DNA of 62,971 nucleotides, filler included, from Octopus bimaculoides (Eukaryota): NCBI RefSeq assembly GCF_001194135.2. It is 6 parts of 5 records of this genome, joined end to end, with 100 filler letters (N's around TTAATTAATTAA, not from the genome) between each part and the next. Parts side by side here need not be neighbours in the genome. Positions count along the whole stretch, not along the records: positions 23,146 to 29,259 come from NC_068982.1; positions 29,360 to 39,036 come from NW_026392061.1; 4 more parts are not named here. One strand, 5' to 3'. Shown piece by piece: positions 24,720 to 35,665 of this stretch (position 1 is its first letter; each line of letters starts with the position of its first letter). The notes under the pieces were generated by a model. It saw only the letters and a program-made list of their open reading frames with translations, ran no database searches and was not told where the DNA came from. The position numbers and the translations under genes were made by a program.

Positions 24720-26469
24720 CGCTGCTCCAGTCCACTCAGCTGGCAATAATGATTTTTACTTGTATTTCACTTCAAAGGACCAGCCTTGTCACACTTTTGT
24801 TGTTGCTATTGTTCCACCCTATCTTATTCCTGATTGAGAAACCATGGTCTTATTTCGTTAAAGTCTAAAACTCCCAGATTTTGTCGGAATTTGTGAACCG
24901 AGAAATTTCCTTATTTTATAAGTCCTTCCTGTTTGGAGACCGCAGGATGTTATTTAATGAGTATCTGTCTGCTATTTAATATACATCGTATAACCACCCA
25001 CATGTTCCCCCGTTGCCTCAAATTGACTGTATTTGACTAGGAATTCGCAACCTGCATTGAAGTAAAACAAACTCATGCTCACAATAAACAACTGAGATGT
25101 TTCTCTCACTTTTCTTCAGTCAAATATAGAAAACAGAAATTAATTTGAAAACTACTGCAATCTATAACTTAATTTATCATTTGAAATAACAGTTAACTAC
25201 TTTTGATCACTCATAATCTTCCAAATCATTTCCTATTCACCAGACTGACAAATGAAGTTCGGTGAAAACAACAGCAGCAGCAGCAGCAGCAGCAGCGGTA
25301 GTAGCAGCATCATCAACAACAGCAGCAATAGTAACACCAAGAAAACAAATAAACAAGCAACACACATTTTTCGTGATAATCTTCAATATACGTCATTTAT
25401 TTTAAAAATGTAAAAAAATTATTTTCACCTAATTCATTATCTTTAGAAGTTAAATATATTTTATCTGCAAAGCTAAAGTAATAATATTTTCTCCTTTGGT
25501 TTAGTTTCAATTTTATGTTTTTTTCTGTCTTTTTTTTTCTTCCCCTTGGATTTTCACCTTTCAGACGGCAATAAACAATAACATGTTTAAGCACTATCTG
25601 ACATTATTAGTTTCATATAGCATTTCACACCTGTTCATACTTCGTTGACAGTTGCGACAGTTTCCCCACCGGGATTTATACTTAATTCACAATGGCTAAG
25701 TTCACCTTGAACCTAAATTTTCGCTATTGCAAAGCCTTCATTAATTAGCTACCAAACGACGTTGAAGCCACATTCTACAATCTTAAAATGCAACAAACTC
25801 GATAATGTTGTCTATGGTACAACAGACTTGGGTAAAGATGGGATGGTCACGGCTGGAACAACCTTGGTTATAGATTTGATCAATCAGAGACAATTTAGAA
25901 AGAACCAACACTTGATAAATATAAAATAGGATTATGCATAGTTAGGGATTAGAAAGCAACAGATTATATCCTTATTTCTTTAGCTTGCTGTTCTGTTCTC
26001 AAATATTCACGTTAAAACAAGTAGAAAAATATTCCAATTTATTCAGGATTGCTTGAAGAGAAATTCTCCAGTGGTATCGCAGAGATCCAAAGCTTTGAGA
26101 AATATTAATTAGCATAAGTATTCCAAAACTTTCTCCTTCTCATCAAGTAGCACTCATGCAAACGAAGTCTCTTCATTTACAACCCTCTTTGTTTCCAGAT
26201 CGACTGCGTTACACATGCATCAGATTAATTCTCTTCCACTGTGTTCTTAGACTGTGTTTTTTTTTTGTTGTTGTTACTGTTGCTGCAGTTTATCTCAAGG
26301 CAAATTTCATCGAAAGGATCTATATTCAAATGATATCCAATGAAGGATATACGTTCACTTATTCAGAAAAAGGTAAGCTTGAAACACTAAGTGAGAAATA
26401 TAGTTGACGATAAGAAGTCGAATTAAAAGTATTTAAATCTAGCGGCTTGACAAGGATTTAGATTATGGA

Positions 26470-26780
26470 AACTATAAAGGTTGTGTCTATTATAATTGGT
26501 ACATTGGGGACTGTAAGCAAAGATATAGACAAATGGTTGAAGGAAATTGGAATAGAATGTTCTGTAGAACTTCTACAGAAAGTTTGCCCCTTAGCAACCG
26601 GAAAGATTATCAGGAGGAGTCTAAGCGCTTGAAAGACTATTGATAGCTTGTGGATATCTAAGGTTACAGGTAGTAAACCGCTACCCACATAAATCCTGCC
26701 AGGAATAAGAACGAGCCTGAGACAAATCAATAATGATAATACGATAATTTGGATAATACACATTATTTGGTTCATAGTTG
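26470..26780 (+). mobile_element. R4/Dong-type (RLE) LINE 3-prime end
   Basis: VVSIIIGTLGTVSKDIDKWLKEIGIECSVELLQKVCPLATGKIIRRSL*, then a decayed (AAT)n tail. Confidence 0.7.
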
Positions 26781-27397
26781 TTCGCTCGAAGATATAATAC
26801 AAACATGCGAAGTACAAAAAATTCCAATCCTACAAAGGTACATGTACATGTGACTGCTAGTAGTTTTAAAGTGTGATTACAATATACACATGAAATCCAA
26901 TTGGAAAGAAGCTGAAAAAAAAACATTGTTGATCAGCTTGAAAATGAAGGTGAAAAACATGAAATGTGTATCATGAGCCGAAATGCTCTAAATACACCAA
27001 GCACAAATCCTATGTTGGAAAACGGAGACCATTTAAGTTATACTCGATAGAAACAAATACCGATCTATTTTATAATAATATGCTTCTCAGATAGACTTTG
27101 AATAGAGTCACCTTATGAAAACTTCAGTTCACAAGGCATATTGGACAACTGTCCATTGATATAGTTTGGCTGAATCCAAGCTTTGTGAGAGAAATTAGTT
27201 TCACAGAAACTGTCTAGAGGTCAGGCGGATCGATTGAAGCCGTAATTTAAGACTCCAATCTTGTATTATTCTGCGTTGCATTGGTTATGCTAATTCTGCA
27301 TCGGGACAGAATACTCAGCTACTGGCACATTTATCCAACGTGAATAGTCAGTGTACTAATCGACGGAAATTCTTAAGACACACACACACGCGCGCGC

Positions 27398-27438
<41 letters not shown>

Positions 27439-27467
27439 CACACATACATATATATATATATACTTCT

Positions 27468-27860
27468 ATTCTTTTTTCTTTTAGTTGTGTCAGTCATTTG
27501 ACTGCGGCCATACTGGAACACTGCCTTTAGTCGGAGAAATCAACCTCAGGACTTATTCTTTGTAAACCTAGTACTTATTCTATCGGTCCCTTTTGCCGAA
27601 CCGTTAAATTACGGGGACGTAAATACACCAACATCGGTTGTCAAATGATGGTGAGGGGGAGACAAACACAGACTCACAAATACATACATACACACACGCT
27701 TATATACGACGGGATTCTTTCAGTTTCATCTCCCAAATCCACATCCACTCACAAGGCTTCGGTCGGCCCGAGGCTATAGTAGAAGACACTTGTCCAAGGT
27801 GCCACGTAGTGAGACTGAACCCGGAACCCTGTGGTTCTTACCACACAGCCACGCCTGCAT
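27468..27860 (-). mobile_element. SINE family A, near full-length composite
   Basis: Tail, (CA)-rich core and tRNA-like head are contiguous. Confidence 0.8.
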
Positions 27861-28977
27861 ATTAGTAAATTAATACAATTTGAAATAACCATAAAATGTA
27901 ACCATCATCATCATCATCATTCTTATTCTGATCAATAATAATATTGATAATAATTATAATATTAACAATAACAACAACAGCAATAATAACAACCATACCA
28001 ACATTTCTAATTTAATTTTCAACAAAATTATAAGAATAGAAACGTATTCCGACATTCCACATTATCGTTGTATTCCAGAAATATCCATTTTCTATAAATA
28101 TTTTTCTGTTGAGATATCTAAGTCAGTTATTCTGAATAACCTTTTTTTCTTCTTCAAATTCGCTTGTGAAATTTATTCACATTGTTATAGTTGTATAATC
28201 ACAGCGTAAGTTAAAATTTTCTTCAATATTGCCTGGTCTTTGATCTCCCCTCCGCTGACATTACGCTATACACTTAGGACGAATGATACACAGAAGCGAA
28301 GTTTCCTTGTCGTCTGGTAGATGTCCGACCACAACAAAAGCGATTGCTGGAAACATTGCAATGCTTTAATGTATCTTCCACCTTCCCTTGCCTCCTGTGT
28401 CCTCGTGACGTAAAAGTTTAGTCATTTGTACTTTGATACAGTAACTGAGCTGGAATGTGGATGAGATTAACGAGCATTTCTATGTGGAATGCGATTGATA
28501 TGTCAGCTGAAACGCTATTTGAAAAGTTTAATTCGATATTGGCATTGTGATATTCCGAAAATAACCACTCTCAAGAATTCAAAGAAATGTTTTCCTGGAG
28601 AGCTTTCTACTAAGTCAATTACATTGTAACATGTACTTTTCGAAATTCAATTGTAAAATTAATTTATAATGTAATAGTGCACACACACACACATACACAT
28701 ACACGCACACACGCTTAAGCACACACGCACATATGCAAACACATAAGCATATCACATTGTGAAATTATATACATATATACCTGCATATTTTGTGTATGTA
28801 TGTACGTATGTATGTATGTATGTATGTATGTATGTGTGTATTAATGTATGTATCCATCCATTCATCCATCCATTCGTCCGTGCGTCCATATATATATGGA
28901 CACACACACACGTGTGTGTGTGTGTTTCTCCCCACTACACCGTTTGACAACTGTCCGTCCGTCTGTCTCTCTGTTTG

Positions 28978-29040
<63 letters not shown>

Positions 29041-29259
29041 GTCTCAAACCGATATGGCCCTTTCAAAGTCATGTTACTTGGGGACGAAAATTTGCCACGG
29101 TCCTAGTACGCTTTAAGAGCGAAGAGTTAGCGAAGGAATTGTCGACACTCTCTCTCCACACAGATGACTTGGTGATGATACCGAGTTATCTTGGACAGAG
29201 AGTGACGAAGGTGACAGTAAAGAATGTCCCTTCACAAGTGGAAACACAGTGGATAGTAG
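29041..29259 (+). mobile_element. Possible LINE ORF1 (RRM-like, Tx1/L1-like) fragment
   Basis: Open frame LKPIWPFQSHVTWGRKFATVLVRFKSEELAKELSTLSLHTDDLVMIPSYLGQRVTKVTVKNVPSQVETQWIV running into a gap, directly after (CTAT)n. Family assignment is by pattern only. Confidence 0.4.
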
Positions 29260-29359
29260 NNNNNNNNNNNNNNNNNNNNNNNNNNNNNNNNNNNNNNNNN
29301 NNNTTAATTAATTAANNNNNNNNNNNNNNNNNNNNNNNNNNNNNNNNNNNNNNNNNNNN

Positions 29360-29870
29360 GACCTGTTGAGGCAAGTGAAATCGAAATCGAACTAAATCTG
29401 ACGACTGGCCTCCATGCCAACGTCTCCTCCATTGGACACTAAACTCTACTTGCGAAGACCTGTTGGGGCAAGCAAAAGCGAAATCATGATAGCACCACCA
29501 TTCAAGCGTGATTGTTACCAGCGTCACTTTCCTGGCACTTGTGCCGCAGCTTCGCGTTCCTGGCACGTGAAAAGTCATTCGAGCGAGATCGTTGCCAGTG
29601 CCGCTGGACTGGCTCCTGTGCAGGTGGCATGTAAAATACACCATTTTGATCGTGGCCGTTGCCAGTACCACCTGACTGACCTTCGTGCCAGTGACATGTA
29701 AAAGCACCCGCTACACTCTCGGAGTGGTTGGCGTTACGAAGGGCATCCAGCTGTAGAAACTCTGCCAAATCAGATTGGAGCCTGGTGTAGCCATCCGGTT
29801 CACCAGTCCTCAGTCAAATCGTCCAACCCATGCTAGCATGGCAAGTGGACATTAAACGATGATGATGGTG
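29360..29870 (+). mobile_element. SINE/LINE fragment with RTE-type 3-prime tail
   Basis: ...GGGCATCCAGCTGTAGAAAC...TCGTCCAACCCATGCTAGCATGG...ATTAAAC(GAT)n. A related decayed copy lies on minus at about 37240-37420. Confidence 0.5.
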
Positions 29871-30265
29871 ATATACATATATATATACACACACATACAT
29901 TTATATACATATTTGATTTAAACTGCAAAATTATCCCAGAACTGTTACGCATTCTTTTACTTGTTTCAGTGATTTGAATGCGGCCATGCTGGAGCACCTC
30001 TTTATGTGTGTGTGTATATATATATTCAAAAGTGAGTTCATATTTGTTTATAGCCTTATTTCTATACATACATTCCTAAATATGTGTGTATACATATAAA
30101 TACATGTACATATACTGTATATAAATATACACACACAAAGAGAGTGTGTTGAGGAATGTTACTATGTAGAATGCAATGTATGTGATGCAGGTCAATTCCT
30201 GGGTGAAGCTATTTACAATAATAATAAGAAGAAGAAGATTGAAGTTTAATATTTCTGGAAATATT

Positions 30266-31638
30266 TTATTTGTCATAATGAAAGAAAGCAAAAGATTGAC
30301 GTCCAGGAATAATTCCAAAAACCATCAAAGAATTTTCTGAAACATCCAAACCAAGAACTTCATAGACTTCATTTTCATCCTTCTTGAGGGGGAAGTATTT
30401 TGGATTTTCGTCAGATTTCAGGATTTTAATATCTTCAGATGTTTCCTCTTGAATATGTCCAGGTATTTCGTAAATATTGTTTTCTTTATCTGTTATATAA
30501 ACACATTCACCAATTATGGTTAAATGATGTGATGCAATATAATATCCCTGACCAGAAGATATTCTTTCTTTTATTCTTATCCTCCTCACCAAAGACTTTT
30601 CCCTGAACCATTCCACAAAACACCATTCATCCCAATTTCCAGACTCCTTCTTTATCTCCCTCCTCACAACAACAACATCACCAAAAGATGTGACAACCAC
30701 ATCCTCCACCACTGAATCTCCCTCCAACCTTAAATATCTCTCCGTTTCCCCACGACACACTTCATCTTTACATTTCCCATCTTTCATATCAACCACATCC
30801 ACATAATAAGAGTCAAAGGTGTCAGGGTCTTCGCAATAATAGTAAACCTTGTTGTTCTTCCATATTCTTTCGTATGTCTTGTCTCTCTCTTCTTGAGTTA
30901 TGTCTCTAATATAATGACCACCACACACGAGTTGATTGCCGTTGTATTTATAAATCCTGTTGTAGTATTTCTCAGTTCTGATGGTTTTTAAACGACAGAG
31001 ATCCCTGTTGAAGACCCTCATTTCTCTCCCAAAGGCGACAATGAAACATTCATCTGTCCACCGACATATGTCCAGTGGTTCTTCTTCTTGTTGTTCATGT
31101 TGAAGTATGTCCACTGTTGTTGTTGTTGTTGTTCTGATTAATGTGAGACTTTCTCGAAATATCAGCACACTCACATTCTCATCTAACTTAACTAGTTTAC
31201 TGTTCCGGTCCCTAATGTCCATCAAATCATAATTAACAGGTTCCTCGAATGCAGGAATGGAAAAAGGGACCATTGCTGTTCTATATGGCAGTCTCCTCAC
31301 TGATATTTCATCAATTCCTGAATTACTAATCTCCGCTATGTAATTACCACATCTCACCTTTAATCTACCTTTACTAATTATTTCACCTGATTTACCTCTT
31401 CTTCTTCTTCTTCCTCCATCTCCATCTTCATCTTCTCCACTGTATTCCAGTTTATTAATTGATTCATTACTGAATATTTCCTTGTTCGTTTCAGATGTAA
31501 TGGAAGGGAAACAAAGACCAAAATCAAGATTTAATAACGACACAGATTCCAGAATGTTCACTTGGTCCCCATCAATCTTTATGCAATGACATTCAATCAA
31601 TTCAATATGTTGACACCAGTAAATACCCCCCCCCCCCC
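30266..31638 (-). CDS. C-terminal segment of a multi-beta-propeller (NHL-like) protein
   Basis: The 444-aa ORF frame stays open upstream to 31651 (GGGGIYWCQHIELIECHCIKIDGD...). Contains the repeat hallmark PLDICRWTDECFIVAF; ends in TAA at 30266-30268 with ATTAAA about 16 nt downstream. Confidence 0.8.
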
Positions 31639-33671
31639 ACTTTTCTCCATATTACACCATAAGGGACGAGACTTGACCAAGCTTTAGATTTCTTCAAATC
31701 TTTTCCATTCAGTTGAAATATTTCTTTTCTTTTAGGAACTGTGGCCATTATGTATGTTTCTTGTGTAAAACACACACCACCAACTAAACTTGCCACATTT
31801 CTGTGACATAGCAACTCCCCATCTTCATCAAATATTTTAACATTTCCATTATTGGCTTTTTCACACACAACTGTTTTTCCTTCATCAGAAATATCAAAAT
31901 CTTTTACTTGAACAGGAAATTCGTCCGTTTGTAAACGAGCAACTGGGAAGCTTTCTCGATTCACCATAAACAACCCTTCAACATAAAATTCATTAATTCT
32001 TCCCCACTTGGGACTTCCAACAAACCTTGGTCCTTTACAGTTTATACTGGAGAAATCCACTATAGCTTTATAAATTCTTTGATTTAAAAATATTCTCTTG
32101 TATTCCCCATTCGGGTTCAAACACAAGATGTTTTTATATTGAGATAAACCTAAATATTTCTCCCACCCACCCTGAATGTACAAAAAACTGTCATCAATTG
32201 TCATCCTGTCATCAACACCATAAGTATACATCGTGTAGTGTCTGATTGAATGTAAATATTGACCATCACTGTTGAAGAAAATGATGACATCTTCAGCAGT
32301 AATATTAATATCCTGGATGTCATCAAGAAAATAATTTCCATCTTTGTTTCTCCTTATTAATGGTTCAGGTATGTCTATTTGTTTTATTTCCTTTGCATTC
32401 GAATGTATTTCATTAATATCAACAAAATACAGATGACATTCATCAAACCATCTACTAAGAACCAGTTGATTGTTTGATAAAGAAGCCATACATTTATATT
32501 TATTTCTCGTTTGGTAAATTACCAACGACAATGGAAATTCCATTTTTAATATCAACAGTTGGTTTTCCCAATTCGTAATGACTAGTGTGTTTGACTGCCA
32601 TCGACACATTCTAATATAGTGATAAACATTCAATTTGATAGAATCCAAAAGTTCACCATCCAATGTGAATATCGCAATGTTTCCATTCCTCCATTCACAT
32701 CCTGCAATTAAATTATTTTCAGTTATAACCAAATAATCGATCTGCACTGGTCCTTTGTCTCCTAAATGTTGAGGGAAAGGAATACGTTTAGCTTTATCAG
32801 AAACTGTCAGATCCTGTAGATATAAAGAAGAAGACAACATTTCACTGAGAGAAATGTTTCTGGAAAATACATCTACCAGGTCGATATAATAATTAAGTTG
32901 ATTATTTGTAACGAGATCATTAACCAACAAATTATGATCGTTTATAGCAAACATACGGCTGTTCTCTATAAGATATACAAACATTTGGTCAATAGATCCA
33001 CCGTAGAGATTGAGGGGACGTTTCACTTGGGACATTAAAACACTGGGGACCATCTTAATACTACAAGGATGATCACCAGTGCCATGACCACCACCACTAT
33101 TGAGCTTGAACAAAGCTTCTATTTTAGACTTTAAAACACTGATACTACCATCACTACTACTACTACTACTACCATCACTGCCACTACTCTGACGACGTGC
33201 ACCGCCATGACCACCACCATCTATTCTAGTGTTGTACTGAAATGCTTTTCCCCTAGTAACAATTAATAGTTTTTCTGTTTTCTTGTTTATTGATAAGGAT
33301 TTCACAAAAAAAGGGATATTAATTGTCTTAATTGTTTCAACTTGATTATGATAATTGATGGCTAAAATATCCAAATGTGATGGTTTATCGCAATAACAAA
33401 CAATTTCACATTCACCCATCTTACACACCCGTACATAAGGCTGCCTTAATGATACACTTCTCACTGTCTTTGATAGGTTTCCGATGACCCTTAATTGTTT
33501 CTGTAGAGGTAATGTGACACCTAACTGATTAGAATCCCATCGACATATATCCGTAGCTGTAGACGGCAGAGATAATCTCGACACAATGTCTCCTTCATTA
33601 GAAATGTATAACAAGCAATCATGGTTGATGTCGGACACCACCAACTGTCCATTCTCAAGATTACATATTTC
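31639..33671 (-). CDS. Central segment of the same multi-beta-propeller protein
   Basis: Frame is open right up to the gap (EICNLENGQLVVSDINHD...). Recurrent motifs LPSTATDICRWDSNQLGVTLP, IRMCRWQSNTLVITN and VGGVCFTQETYIMATVP. No stops over about 2 kb of AT-rich DNA. Confidence 0.85.
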
Positions 33672-34607
33672 NNNNNNNNNNNNNNNNNNNNNNNNNNNNN
33701 NNNNNNNNNNNNNNNNNNNNNNNNNNNNNNNNNNNNNNNNNNNNNNNNNNNNNNNNNNNNNNNNNNNNNNNNNNNNNNNNNNNNNNNNNNNNNNNNNNNN
33801 NNNNNNNNNNNNNNNNNNNNNNNNNNNNNNNNNNNNNNNNNNNNNNNNNNNNNNNNNNNNNNNNNNNNNNNNNNNNNNNNNNNNNNNNNNNNNNNNNNNN
33901 NNNNNNNNNNNNNNNNNNNNNNNNNNNNNNNNNNNNNNNNNNNNNNNNNNNNNNNNNNNNNNNNNNNNNNNNNNNNNNNNNNNNNNNNNNNNNNNNNNNN
34001 NNNNNNNNNNNNNNNNNNNNNNNNNNNNNNNNNNNNNNNNNNNNNNNNNNNNNNNNNNNNNNNNNNNNNNNNNNNNNNNNNNNNNNNNNNNNNNNNNNNN
34101 NNNNNNNNNNNNNNNNNNNNNNNNNNNNNNNNNNNNNNNNNNNNNNNNNNNNNNNNNNNNNNNNNNNNNNNNNNNNNNNNNNNNNNNNNNNNNNNNNNNN
34201 NNNNNNNNNNNNNNNNNNNNNNNNNNNNNNNNNNNNNNNNNNNNNNNNNNNNNNNNNNNNNNNNNNNNNNNNNNNNNNNNNNNNNNNNNNNNNNNNNNNN
34301 NNNNNNNNNNNNNNNNNNNNNNNNNNNNNNNNNNNNNNNNNNNNNNNNNNNNNNNNNNNNNNNNNNNNNNNNNNNNNNNNNNNNNNNNNNNNNNNNNNNN
34401 NNNNNNNNNNNNNNNNNNNNNNNNNNNNNNNNNNNNNNNNNNNNNNNNNNNNNNNNNNNNNNNNNNNNNNNNNNNNNNNNNNNNNNNNNNNNNNNNNNNN
34501 NNNNNNNNNNNNNNNNNNNNNNNNNNNNNNNNNNNNNNNNNNNNNNNNNNNNNNNNNNNNNNNNNNNNNNNNNNNNNNNNNNNNNNNNNNNNNNNNNNNN
34601 NNNNNNN

Positions 34608-35665
34608 TGTTATTCCTGTAAATTATTAATATAGAAAATGTAAACATAGGTAGAATATTTGTGATGTTGTAGCAATCCTCAATATCAATATAGTCTTTTA
34701 AACTGGGGGTAGGTAGCTGGTGGTTGTATGACAGTTTGGGCCAAAAGTCTTTATTTGTTTCAATGGCATGTGGTTTGCCAAAATAATCTGTTACCAAAAT
34801 GGTATCTTTAGCAACAGAAATAGAGCGGCATTTCCTGCCAATGTCCCTCTTTGTCACACCACCTTTAGCCGAAATCTTGTAAATAATTTGTCCCTGGAGG
34901 ACATAGAAATAGCTTTGGTACAGAAAGATTTTACTTGGGAGGTGCAGAGAATGGGTCTCTACCTCCCATAACCGTTGGCCATCCATATTGTAACAGATTA
35001 CTCTGTTAATACTGGAAAATGTAATTAAAAGTATATTCTGGACACCTACAGTAATATCTGTAGCTGCTTCTTTGGTAATGAATTGGTGTTTAATTCTATT
35101 CTCCTCCCAATCAATTTGGTAAACAGTCTTACCAAACATTTCTACACCTATAAGTGTAGAATGTTCCAAGTAAGCAACCAAATATAACCCCAACTGTATG
35201 TTTTTAATCTTGAAACTTGTGGGGCTGATAATGAGAATCATTTCTTGGAAGGGGAGGGTGGCTAGAACCATGTCTTGACCAATTCTGGTGAAACTGGTGA
35301 CAGAAGATGGACAATGGACATCATTTCTGTCACCGTCTCTTGTCACACAACATATTGTCATACAATGGTGGGAATATGTCATCACTCCCTCCTCTATGAT
35401 GACAATATTGGATATTGCTTTGATTTTGTCAAATTCTTCTCCAGATTCTTCGATCTTCGCTTCTCTGGTTACAACTGGGCAAAGAGGTCGAAATTTAGTG
35501 ATTATTTTTGGTGGCTCAATGGTTTTGTGTTTGTCTTGTAGAATATTTCTCTGTAAATAGTGTTCCAGGAACAATTCTAGTTTTCCAAAAATAATATATT
35601 GTTGATTGTAATCGTTTTTTTTAATGTCTTTCATCAAAATTTGTATTCTCTGTGTAAAATCTTTT
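34608..35665 (-). CDS. N-terminal sequenced segment (coiled-coil-like stretch + first propeller) of the same protein
   Basis: Open from the 10-N gap (KDFTQRIQILMKDIKK...) to the 936-N gap (...ILIIYRNN). Contains CPSSVTSFTRIGQDMVLATLP and ATDITVG...VICYNMDGQRLWEV. True start and upstream exons not resolved. Confidence 0.8.

Noticed and set aside
33661-34607. ORF-track continuation of the 658-aa ORF through the gap ending XXXNM
   Set aside because: Artefact of the estimated gap length; the real downstream frame is EICNLENGQLVVSD.
30266-35637. Three adjacent intronless ORFs read as a viral or bacterial operon (endogenous virus or HGT)
   Set aside because: No viral or bacterial hallmark motifs seen. 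The breaks coincide with a gap and a homopolymer, and the same propeller motif recurs in all three, so one eukaryotic gene is more parsimonious.
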